From Thermoproteota archaeon (GTDB taxonomy: Archaea; Korarchaeota; Korarchaeia; Korarchaeales; Korarchaeaceae): 64,000 bases of DNA. The stretch covers positions 320,001 to 384,000 of the forward strand of contig JALSOH010000004.1 of the NCBI GenBank assembly GCA_026986575.1, written 5' to 3'. A program made the translations under genes and the position numbers. How positions within the stretch are numbered: position 1 is the first letter of the stretch; the number at the start of each line of letters is the position of its first letter. Of this stretch, positions 36,504-45,273 are shown piece by piece. A model generated the notes under the pieces. That model was given only the letters and a program-made list of their open reading frames with translations, had not been told where the DNA came from and ran no database searches.

Positions 36504-37502
36504 ATGGAAGAGGCAGGAAGGACTCCGAAAATAGGCAGGAAGAGCCTGCTCCTGCTAGTACTCGGCATAGCTCTCATGATACCTCTACTTGCCACTTTCG
36601 ATCTGAGTGAAGCGGTGAGCAGCCTTCGTTCTATAGGAATAGTTCCCGTAGTCCTCTCCTTTCTCTCGATACACGTGGGAGTCCTGTTCTACAACTTGGG
36701 GTGGTACATCCTATTGGATAGGAGAGCCAGTTTCAAGGATGTCTTCCTAATAGGGTGGATCAGCCTGTTCATAAACCTGCTAATACCGGCAGGTTCAGCC
36801 ACGGGAGAGGTAGCCAGAGCCTATCTGATCAATAGGAAATCGAAGGTTCCCATGGGGCATGCTGTGTCCACCATTGTAGCCCACAGGGTCGTCATGATCA
36901 TACCATTCGTGGTCAGCATAGTCCTTGGTTTCTCCTACTTGGTGGGATCGTCCGGCGTGGGACATAGCACTCTCACTACCATTTTCTTGGCGGTGGGTCT
37001 CCTGATAGTGGTCTTCTATCTCATTTACAGAGTCAGCATGGATGAAAGTAGTATGCTCAGACTGATATCCTTCTTTGAACGGAAGCTTCGAAGGGATCTT
37101 GGGAAGATAAAGGAGATGGTAAGTGAATATTCAAAGGCATTCAGGGAGCTCATGAGGAACAGGAGAGCATTAGGTCTCTCCCTGCTCTGTGCATTCCTTA
37201 ACTGGTTCTTCGACATGCTACCGATTTTCATCTACTTCTACGCCCTTGGCTATTGGATAGATCCCCTCATGGGAATCCTGATATACTCAGTGTCCATCAT
37301 TATGGTCCTCATTCCCATAGGAATCCCTGGGAACACCGGGGTAAGAGAATGGGTGATGACGGGCCTCTTATCTGCGATGGGATTTAGCAAGGGTGATGCC
37401 CTCGCGATAACGCTGGTCTCCTCCACTATAACCGTGTTCCTCAATGAGCTTGTATTCGGCTTCTTAGCTTACCTCCTTGTCCTTAAAGGGATATCCAAGT
37501 AA
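36504..37502 (+). CDS. UPF0104 / lysylphosphatidylglycerol synthase TM-region (flippase-like) membrane protein
   Basis: FINLLIPAGSATGEVAR, PIGIPGNTGVREW. Confidence 0.85.
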   Translation: MEEAGRTPKIGRKSLLLLVLGIALMIPLLATFDLSEAVSSLRSIGIVPVVLSFLSIHVGVLFYNLGWYILLDRRASFKDVFLIGWISLFINLLIPAGSATGEVARAYLINRKSKVPMGHAVSTIVAHRVVMIIPFVVSIVLGFSYLVGSSGVGHSTLTTIFLAVGLLIVVFYLIYRVSMDESSMLRLISFFERKLRRDLGKIKEMVSEYSKAFRELMRNRRALGLSLLCAFLNWFFDMLPIFIYFYALGYWIDPLMGILIYSVSIIMVLIPIGIPGNTGVREWVMTGLLSAMGFSKGDALAITLVSSTITVFLNELVFGFLAYLLVLKGISK

Positions 37503-37561
37503 ATCCCCACACTTTGAAAGTTTTTCAGTAAAGCACCTCCCCACTGCTCGGGTGCAGTGTC

Positions 37562-38731
37562 ATGCCTAAGTTTGCAGAGAGGATGAGCTCGTTAGGAGTA
37601 GAGGGAGCATTCATAGTCTTGGCTAAGGCTAGAGAGCTTGAGAGACAGGGGAAGAGCATAATTCACTTGGAAATAGGGGAGCCTGGTTATCAGCCACCTA
37701 AACACGTGCTGGAGGCTACTAAGAAGGCGATTGATGGGGGGAAGACCAAGTACACCCCTGCATCTGGGATATATGAGCTTAGGGAGGCGATTGCTGAGAG
37801 GGTCTCGAACAGCAGGGGGGTGGAGGTCGGACCTGAGAATGTGGTCGTGACCGTCGGTGCCAAGATGGCCATATTCGCCGCCCTGATGGCCTTCGTAGAT
37901 CCGGGTGATGAGGTAATAATTCCCATGCCAGCATATCCCTCATACGAGAGTGTAACTAAGTTCGTTGGCGGTATAGTCAAGCCGGTAGTACTCAAAGAGG
38001 AGAGAAAGTTCTCGCCCGATGTCAACGATATCTTAGAGAAGGTGACTGACAGAACTAAGGCCATAGTAATAAATACCCCCAGTAACCCTACAGGGGGCAT
38101 TTACAGGAGGGAGGATCTGGAAGAGATCGTCAGTCTAGCTGTAAAGAGGGATATACTGATAATCTCCGACGAGATATACGAGGATATAATATTCGATGGG
38201 AAGAAGCACGAGAGTGTTCTATCTATAGCTGGCGCTGAAGAGGTGACCGTGCTGGTGAGTGGTTTCAGCAAGACGTGGGCCATGACAGGGTACAGGCTCG
38301 GCTACGCTGTGGCGAAGGAGGATATAGCCCAGAAGATAGCCCAGATTCAATTAAATGCGGCTTCCTGTCCCGTTCATTTCGCACAAGTGGCGGCCGTTGA
38401 GGCTATAAGGGGTCCGCAGGATGAGGTAGAGAGAATGGTCAAGGACTACGAGAAGAAAAGGGATATCATCTACGAGGAGATACAGAAGATCGAAGGTTTC
38501 TCGATGGTAAAACCTGCAGGGACGTTCTACGCATTCCCCAACATAAAGGGAACCGGAATGTCCTCGGAGGAACTAGCTGATAGGTTGCTGAACGAGGCGG
38601 GAGTCGCGTTGCTACCTGGAACTGCTTTCGGAGAACCGGGGGAGGGCTTCCTCAGGATATCATTCGCTGGTCCCATGGAGGATATAGTTGAGGGGATGAA
38701 GAGGATAAGGGAGTTTGTGAGTTCCCTGTAA
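37562..38731 (+). CDS. PLP-dependent class I/II aminotransferase (aspartate aminotransferase-like)
   Basis: IGEP, NTPSNPTG, SDEIYE, SGFSKTWAMTGYRLG, LRIS. Confidence 0.93.
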   Translation: MPKFAERMSSLGVEGAFIVLAKARELERQGKSIIHLEIGEPGYQPPKHVLEATKKAIDGGKTKYTPASGIYELREAIAERVSNSRGVEVGPENVVVTVGAKMAIFAALMAFVDPGDEVIIPMPAYPSYESVTKFVGGIVKPVVLKEERKFSPDVNDILEKVTDRTKAIVINTPSNPTGGIYRREDLEEIVSLAVKRDILIISDEIYEDIIFDGKKHESVLSIAGAEEVTVLVSGFSKTWAMTGYRLGYAVAKEDIAQKIAQIQLNAASCPVHFAQVAAVEAIRGPQDEVERMVKDYEKKRDIIYEEIQKIEGFSMVKPAGTFYAFPNIKGTGMSSEELADRLLNEAGVALLPGTAFGEPGEGFLRISFAGPMEDIVEGMKRIREFVSSL

Positions 38732-38733
38732 CC

Positions 38734-39240
38734 CTATAGATCTAAAACCTTCACACTCCTTTCCCCTGTTTCTAAGATCGCGACGGTTCTCCTTCCCGTA
38801 AGCTTTCCACATGACTCACCTGGATTTATCACCAGCGCGTCTCCCACCTCCTCCACGTGGACCTCATGGGTGTGGCCGTACAGCACGAAGTCGAACTTCC
38901 TACTCTTGGCCAGCTGAATGGCCGATAACTTGGTTAATTCCTTTGAGCCAAATCCGTGGAACAACAGGGCCTTTTTCTCGCTGAGAAGAACTTCTACAGG
39001 TCCTGGATAGTATGCTCCCTCATTCTCCAAAGCCGAGATGGTGGTGAGCGCCTCAGCGTCATTATTCCCTCTGAGAAGGCGGAAGGGTATTCCCGAGTTT
39101 ATTATGGGCTTTAATGAGAAAGGAGAAATCAAGTCACCCAGATGTATTATCTCGTCAACACCCATCCTTTGAAAGATTTCTACAGCCCTCTCTATCGACT
39201 CTAGGTCATCGTGAGAGTCGGATATTATCCCCACAAGCAA
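38734..39240 (-). CDS. YfcE/MJ0936-type metallophosphoesterase
   Basis: ISDSHD, HLGD, GNND, FHG, YGHTH, INPG. Confidence 0.92.
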   Translation of the reverse strand: MLVGIISDSHDDLESIERAVEIFQRMGVDEIIHLGDLISPFSLKPIINSGIPFRLLRGNNDAEALTTISALENEGAYYPGPVEVLLSEKKALLFHGFGSKELTKLSAIQLAKSRKFDFVLYGHTHEVHVEEVGDALVINPGESCGKLTGRRTVAILETGERSVKVLDL

Positions 39241-39249
39241 GCATATCAC

Positions 39250-40011
39250 CTAACCCTGAAGCAATCCATTCCTCCTAAAAACTGGCACGGTCTCAAGTAT
39301 CCTGCTGATGTATTCGAGACCTTCTGGGGATGAGAATAGGGGAAGTTCCCAGTCGACGACTACTTCTCTCCTCTCCACCGGACCGTATTCCGTGTCCTTA
39401 ATCTTGACGGTCTTCCTGACGAGAACACCCCTTCTCTGCCAAGCAGGTACCTTAGCAATATTTACTCCGAGCTTCTTGAAGATGAGCTCGTGGAGGTACT
39501 CTGATTTCTTTCCGTGCAGTTCTTCGGCAGCCTTCTCCCTCGAGAGCCCTTCCTTCTCAAGAGACAGGAGTGCGTAGGAGTTTAGCGTGTTTCTCCACGC
39601 CTCATCCTGCCTCCAAGACAGGTAACTCACCAGTTCATCCTCGTCTCTGATTAGGACGATCCTTCCGTCGAAACTGGCTGCGTATCCTAGGGCTAGGGAG
39701 GTCCGCGCTGAGATGAAAGAAGATACTATCGAAACGATCTTCTCCACTCTACCGTTCCACGGTAGAGGAGGTGTTAGTAGGAGGGATATTTCATCGGAAA
39801 ATAGGTAGGCGAGGGCAATTGGGAGGTTGCGCTCCATTAACTCCTTAGATGCACTGATCAAGGATTTCAATAATCTCTCATCGAAGGGCCTCTCGAGCTT
39901 CAGCTCCTCAGCTAACTTCCTGAATCTCCATCCATCCACTCTCACGATTATGGGCATATCCACAGGAATAGATAAACGAGAGAATATCTCCCTAGACTTC
40001 CAATCAAGCAT
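39250..40011 (-). CDS. Thg1-like tRNA(His) guanylyltransferase / 3'-5' polymerase
   Basis: IVRVDGWRF, FSDEIS, GRVEKI, SFDGR, WRQDEAWRN, PAWQRRG. Confidence 0.92.
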   Translation of the reverse strand: MLDWKSREIFSRLSIPVDMPIIVRVDGWRFRKLAEELKLERPFDERLLKSLISASKELMERNLPIALAYLFSDEISLLLTPPLPWNGRVEKIVSIVSSFISARTSLALGYAASFDGRIVLIRDEDELVSYLSWRQDEAWRNTLNSYALLSLEKEGLSREKAAEELHGKKSEYLHELIFKKLGVNIAKVPAWQRRGVLVRKTVKIKDTEYGPVERREVVVDWELPLFSSPEGLEYISRILETVPVFRRNGLLQG

Positions 40012-40012
40012 A

Positions 40013-40345
40013 CTACCCGCTCAGCCTTGATATCCTCTCAGCTATCTCGAGCACGGCTGATTCAACGTCTTCTCTGTCTGTCTCGAGGGTTATGATCCCT
40101 CTAGCCTCCACTATCTCTCTCAACTCATCATCGAACTCCTTAGCTATTAGCACCTCGCAGTCCCTTAGTATCTCTAGAACGGAAGTAGGTCCCCTTTTAC
40201 TTCCCTTTCTCGTATTCACTCTCATCTCCACCTTGGTGGGGCTTCTCCCTAGGACGTCGTATATAGCGAAGAACTTGGCCTCGTGAAAGGGCCCTTCCTT
40301 CAGGGTTTTCCCATCATCTGTTGCGACAGCGACTCGGATCGGCAA
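40013..40345 (-). CDS. NifB/NifX-family (FeMo-cofactor-binding fold) protein
   Basis: RVAVATDDG, PFHEAKFFAIYD, LRDCEVLI. Confidence 0.82.
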   Translation of the reverse strand: MPIRVAVATDDGKTLKEGPFHEAKFFAIYDVLGRSPTKVEMRVNTRKGSKRGPTSVLEILRDCEVLIAKEFDDELREIVEARGIITLETDREDVESAVLEIAERISRLSG

Positions 40346-40399
40346 ATTATCTCATCCTCCCGGATGGACTATGTTTGAATAAGGAGACACAAGATATAA

Positions 40400-41461
40400 T
40401 CATGCCGCCGGAGGATTTGGTTGATTCCCCTGCAGGATTCTGGCTAGTGATTCTATGAACTCGCCCATACGATCGGAGTCCACTATCAGGGAGGAAAATC
40501 CTCTACCCCCGAACACCGATCCCTCCATCTCTCCCATCGCCTCCCTTGTTAGAGGGAAGAGATCCACTTGGGGATCGCCCGCTACATAAATCAGTCCCAA
40601 TGGAGGATCGTAGAAATAAGATACAGCGAAAGGAAACCCCCTTTCATGAGCCACAAGCGAAACTACGAATCGCTGATAGGCCTCCTGAACCTCCCACCCG
40701 GTGAGGCTCCTCGATTCAAATGTGGGTTCATCGAGGAGGGAATCAATCTCCCCATTCACATGGTCGATCTTGGACCTGATCAGACTAGCCGTGGCCGAGG
40801 TTCCGCTCAGGAACCAGTCCGGATCGTCGAACGATTCTCTCAAGGCTGAAGCTGCTAGGTAGATCCAGTCCTCGCCTAGGAAAGATGCCGCTACCAGCGC
40901 CTTCTGAACAGTCCTTATCGAATTCTCATCCAGCAGCTCAGGCCAAGAGAGGCGCGCCCTTTCGAGCACATCCTCACATACTTCCGAGGTGCACTTCCCA
41001 AAGAACCCGCCAGAAGCCACCCATGATAGGAGGTCATTATTCTCATCGACCTTTACGGCTATCAGGTATGCTAGGAGGCTTGTAGAAATCCCAGGAGAAT
41101 CCAAGGTCACCCTGATAGTATTCTTATAGCTTAATACAGGAGTTGAGCCGTGGTCCAGTATGATTACGCTCCTATACAACTCGCTTGATACTTGGATGGG
41201 ACCCCTGCCGTGGGGAGGGAGATCTAAGAACATTAAGGAGTCGCATCTCCCCGAACAACTCTCTATTACATCTATTGCACTTTCAGGCGTTGACGTAATA
41301 AGCTCCGACTCTATTCCACGTTGGGACAGCACTTCCTCCATGATCACCGATGAGGAGATTCCATCCGGTGTAGGTGGAAATACTATGCCGACCTTACTTA
41401 CGCCCGCGAGTCCCGATTCCAGTAGCCTTAGGGCATTAGCGGCCCATTCATCAAGATCCAT
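40400..41461 (-). CDS. DHH/RecJ-like phosphoesterase-fold protein, catalytic motifs degenerate
   Basis: Motif I PTPDGISS, motif II FLDL, motif III ILDHG, STSLLAY; motif IV Asp absent. Confidence 0.7.
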   Translation of the reverse strand: MDLDEWAANALRLLESGLAGVSKVGIVFPPTPDGISSSVIMEEVLSQRGIESELITSTPESAIDVIESCSGRCDSLMFLDLPPHGRGPIQVSSELYRSVIILDHGSTPVLSYKNTIRVTLDSPGISTSLLAYLIAVKVDENNDLLSWVASGGFFGKCTSEVCEDVLERARLSWPELLDENSIRTVQKALVAASFLGEDWIYLAASALRESFDDPDWFLSGTSATASLIRSKIDHVNGEIDSLLDEPTFESRSLTGWEVQEAYQRFVVSLVAHERGFPFAVSYFYDPPLGLIYVAGDPQVDLFPLTREAMGEMEGSVFGGRGFSSLIVDSDRMGEFIESLARILQGNQPNPPAA

Positions 41462-43925
41462 GCTCGGGCCTCCTTCTTAGGCGGATCGCAAGCAGTATGG
41501 CAGACGTCATCCCAACACCTATGAGGAAGTAGATGAGGCTATTCATCAACTCATCCAAAGATGAGTAGGTATACTCCTCTAGGGAGGAGATCTCGGCTTC
41601 CGCTCTATTGAGGATCTCGCTGGCCTTTCCGTAGGAGGCCAGATTTATCAACCTCTTAGCCTCCTCCAACATGCCCTCTATCTCACTCATCTTCTCCTTT
41701 ACTTGGGGATCCAGCCCCCCTGAAGCCTCCTTGAGCGTCTTAAATCTCCTTCTAAGATCAGCTAGCCTAGATCTAAGTGACTTCTCCAATGACTCCTGCC
41801 CACTCTTCCCCTCCACCTTGACGGTCACCGTATTTGAGGGGATGAGGAGACTACCATTCACCGAGATGTATGTCGGGATCGTGTAGACGCCTCTCTCGGA
41901 AAATGACCCGACTACCTCGATCTCACCTGGCGCGACGAACTCCACAGAATTTCCTCTGATTCTACCCTTGGCCTCTAGAATTGACATCTTAGCCGGGAAC
42001 TCGACTGTTACATTACCAGACAGATCCTCTACCCTGATCTTCAGCCTTACCTGCTCCCCGACATACACCTGCCTCTTACTGATCTCCACAAGGGCTCTCC
42101 CAGATATCCCTCCTATCGGTATCTTTATCTCCTTGGTATAAATTCGTTCAGAAGCTTCGCCTTCTATGGAGTAGTAGATCACTACCTTCACGACGGCCGG
42201 ACCAACGCTCGCTGCCCTGAAGGTGAAGGTTAACTCCCTAGTAGATCCCTCCGGTAGGTCCTTCACTAACTTAGAGGTGTCATTTACCGGCTCCAGCTCA
42301 TCAGATGAGTTAACTGCTATCAGGATCTTGGAGATGGGGACCATAGTGGTAAATGTCACCTTGATCTCCACACGATCTCCGACGCTGGGGAGATCTGGGG
42401 ATATAGCAATTAGTGCGTTCAACGGGTTCTCACTGGTGGATACTACAGAAATATCGCCCAGCGAGATAGTGTGGACTTCTCCACTTGAATCTTCAACGTA
42501 TATCTCCAGCGTGCCCCTATAATCTCCAACCGGTAAGCTCAAGGGCAGGAGGATTCTCTGTGACTCGTTACCTTGAAGCTGTATCGAGAGAGGGAACTTG
42601 AGGGATAACACGTCTCCCCTCTTCGTGGTTAAATTGAGTCTAGCCTCGATCAGGGAAAGTGGTGTAGGCCCTACATTCAAAGCCAAGATGTGGAGATCCC
42701 CCCTCCCTCCGACTAGGAAGACGCGAGATCTGTTCAGCAGCCTAATGTCGTAAGCTTTGAGGATCTTCATCTCACGCTCGATACCGTAGATTCCATCGCT
42801 GGAAAAGCCAGTTAGATAAATTGGAACGACTATCTCTGTCTTGGGAAGGGGGAGACCCACCTTGAGAAGATATTTAAAGCCCTTATTTCTCAGGAATACG
42901 GATCTCCCACCCGGAAGGAGCAGCGTCAGGTTGGACGCATCTCCCGGATCCACGGATACCTCGATGGAAGTACCACCAATGCCCTCACTAGGTGCATCTA
43001 GCCCTATGTCCAGACTGAAGCTAGGATCGGATACGAAAGTCAGCCCGTCAACGATACAGGTATCGCATCGATCCTGAGACAATATCGTGTATGTGGAGGA
43101 TCCTACCCGATCAACCCTCACCAAGTACTTCCTGTCGCTGAGGGCATATATTCCAAGGAATTCGCGTATAGGTAACCTGTTCGTTACAGTCAGATTTACT
43201 GAAGATCCATAGGCCAGTAAGGAGACCTTCCCATCTTGAATAGCAAGTTTCGTATACGTGTAGGGGTCAACAGGACCCTCCAACTCCACTTCGCTTGCAA
43301 GGGGCTTGATGATACCATTAAAAGAGAGGATTGTGTTATTCTTGAACACGAGTACCTCAGAGAGGTCACCTTCGTTCGTCCAGTTAACCTCGAAAATCCA
43401 TCCATCTAGGGAGGAAACCCAAGAACCCCTAGATTCGCTACCTCGTATCATGGCAACGGCTTCGCCATCGACTTTGGCCTCCAAGAGTTCCACGGTAGGC
43501 CTTCTTTTCGAAAGGATCGATATCTGAAGGATCTTATCTGAGGACGCCTTCACGAGGAAGGGCCCTACAAGAGCGTACCCGGTCAAGTTGTCGGTTCCAT
43601 TGGCGGGACGAGAGACGTTCGATAGATCCTTGAGCACGAATGTTACATTGGTACCGTTAACTAGAACCGCATTGTAGGTGATGTTTCCCTCCTCAAGGGG
43701 ATAATATCCCATGTCACCTATTTCCGCCATTACATCTACAACGTAGTTTACGGCTTCTATTAGGTGGAAGGATGAGGGAGCCTCTTCACCTCTGACTAAA
43801 ACTGTACCGTTATATCTAATGCTATCCAGTGGTTGAGCAGTTGATGGCTGAGCGTACACATTAGGGAAGCTTATCGACAGCAATAACAGCGCTGCCATTA
43901 GCGCTAGAGCCTTCCTATTCCACAT
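41451..43925 (-). CDS. Large secreted, C-terminally anchored surface/S-layer-like glycoprotein (Ig/CARDB-like domains plus coiled coil)
   Basis: Signal peptide, many N-x-S/T sequons, beta-rich repeats, helical stalk, C-terminal TM with basic tail. Confidence 0.78.
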   Translation of the reverse strand: MWNRKALALMAALLLLSISFPNVYAQPSTAQPLDSIRYNGTVLVRGEEAPSSFHLIEAVNYVVDVMAEIGDMGYYPLEEGNITYNAVLVNGTNVTFVLKDLSNVSRPANGTDNLTGYALVGPFLVKASSDKILQISILSKRRPTVELLEAKVDGEAVAMIRGSESRGSWVSSLDGWIFEVNWTNEGDLSEVLVFKNNTILSFNGIIKPLASEVELEGPVDPYTYTKLAIQDGKVSLLAYGSSVNLTVTNRLPIREFLGIYALSDRKYLVRVDRVGSSTYTILSQDRCDTCIVDGLTFVSDPSFSLDIGLDAPSEGIGGTSIEVSVDPGDASNLTLLLPGGRSVFLRNKGFKYLLKVGLPLPKTEIVVPIYLTGFSSDGIYGIEREMKILKAYDIRLLNRSRVFLVGGRGDLHILALNVGPTPLSLIEARLNLTTKRGDVLSLKFPLSIQLQGNESQRILLPLSLPVGDYRGTLEIYVEDSSGEVHTISLGDISVVSTSENPLNALIAISPDLPSVGDRVEIKVTFTTMVPISKILIAVNSSDELEPVNDTSKLVKDLPEGSTRELTFTFRAASVGPAVVKVVIYYSIEGEASERIYTKEIKIPIGGISGRALVEISKRQVYVGEQVRLKIRVEDLSGNVTVEFPAKMSILEAKGRIRGNSVEFVAPGEIEVVGSFSERGVYTIPTYISVNGSLLIPSNTVTVKVEGKSGQESLEKSLRSRLADLRRRFKTLKEASGGLDPQVKEKMSEIEGMLEEAKRLINLASYGKASEILNRAEAEISSLEEYTYSSLDELMNSLIYFLIGVGMTSAILLAIRLRRRPEHGS

Positions 43926-43995
43926 TTTTCAGGCGTTTCATCTCCTGGGCCTATTTTACGTTTGAACGACTATCGTCGATCATTCCTTCTCAAGA

Positions 43996-45273
43996 TTAAG
44001 GCAATACCCTCTCCGGATCCCTCGGGAAGAGGGCCGCCTCCTTTATGTTGGGTAGATCCAGCATCTTCATAGTTAGCCTCTCTATCCCCACAGCGAATCC
44101 CCCATGAGGTGGTGCGCCGTAAGCGAAAAACTTGGTGAACCACTCAAGGCTTTTCGGATTCATCCCTTTCTCCCTTATCTGTGACACGAGTATATCATAT
44201 CTATGCTCTCTCTGACCGCCTGAGCTGAGTTCCAGCCCCTTATAGAGGAGATCAACGCTTCTAGCCCAAGTTTCATCTTCTTTCATCACGTAAAATGGTT
44301 TCACCTTGAACGGGAATCTGTTGACGAAGAAGAAATCCGCCCCGTACTCTTGCTTCACATACTGCCATAGAAGCCTCTCGCTCTCAGTGTCGTAATCCTC
44401 GCCATACTCAACGCTCTTCCCCATCTCTTCCAATATGTCGTACACTTTGGGGAATCTCAACTCTGGAAATGGTGCTTTCGGAACCTCCAGATCTACATTC
44501 AGCAGCTCCAACTCCTTTGACCTCTCCTCTACCACGCGTTTTATACCGGCCCTGATCATCTCCTCTTCAACCCTCATTGTATCTTGCTCGTTCTCTATGA
44601 AGGCCAGCTCCACCGCTATGGATCTGAACTCGCTTAGATGTCTGGGAGTGTGACTGAGCTCCGCTCTCCAGTTCACGCCTAGGTCGTATATTCTTTCAAA
44701 CCCCCCTATTATGGTGAGCTGCCTGTGCAGCTGGGGATCCTGCCTCAAGTACGCCTCTCTATCGAAGTATTGGACCCTGAAGACCTCTGCACCACTCTCG
44801 CTCGCGGCCCCTATTATTGCAGGCGTGAATACCCTCAAGAACCCATTCTCCCTCAACCATTCCTCCATACCATGTATCAGAGATGCCTCTATCTTGAAAA
44901 CGGCCTGAACTTCCGGCCTTCTCAGGTCTAGGGGACGATTATCCAATCTAGTAGGTAGCTGGGCGGGGACCTTCCAGTTAGGATCCATCGGAAGTTTGGG
45001 ATGGGCTATGGAGTGAACGATGATCCTAGCTGGCACTATCTCTCTATCCACTGCTTTGGCTTTCTTCTCAGCTACTTCCTCGCCCACGGCCTCTATGACA
45101 GATTCTTGGGTTAAATCGTCGGTTAGCTCGAATAGATCATCGGGAGTGACTCCTCTCTTGAGGGTTAGCTGAATCTTCTCCCTCCAATTCCTTATGACCA
45201 CAAACCTGATCCTTCCTAGGTCGCGTATCTCGCTGACCCAGCCGTGGACTTTCACTCCACCTTCTTCACCCAT
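43996..45273 (-). CDS. aspS: Aspartate--tRNA ligase (archaeal type)
   Basis: HGWV..IRDLG OB fold, TRLDNRPLDLR, WRAELSHTPRHLSEF, ELSSGGQREH, PPHGGFAVGIERL, FPRDPER. Confidence 0.93.
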   Translation of the reverse strand: MGEEGGVKVHGWVSEIRDLGRIRFVVIRNWREKIQLTLKRGVTPDDLFELTDDLTQESVIEAVGEEVAEKKAKAVDREIVPARIIVHSIAHPKLPMDPNWKVPAQLPTRLDNRPLDLRRPEVQAVFKIEASLIHGMEEWLRENGFLRVFTPAIIGAASESGAEVFRVQYFDREAYLRQDPQLHRQLTIIGGFERIYDLGVNWRAELSHTPRHLSEFRSIAVELAFIENEQDTMRVEEEMIRAGIKRVVEERSKELELLNVDLEVPKAPFPELRFPKVYDILEEMGKSVEYGEDYDTESERLLWQYVKQEYGADFFFVNRFPFKVKPFYVMKEDETWARSVDLLYKGLELSSGGQREHRYDILVSQIREKGMNPKSLEWFTKFFAYGAPPHGGFAVGIERLTMKMLDLPNIKEAALFPRDPERVLP

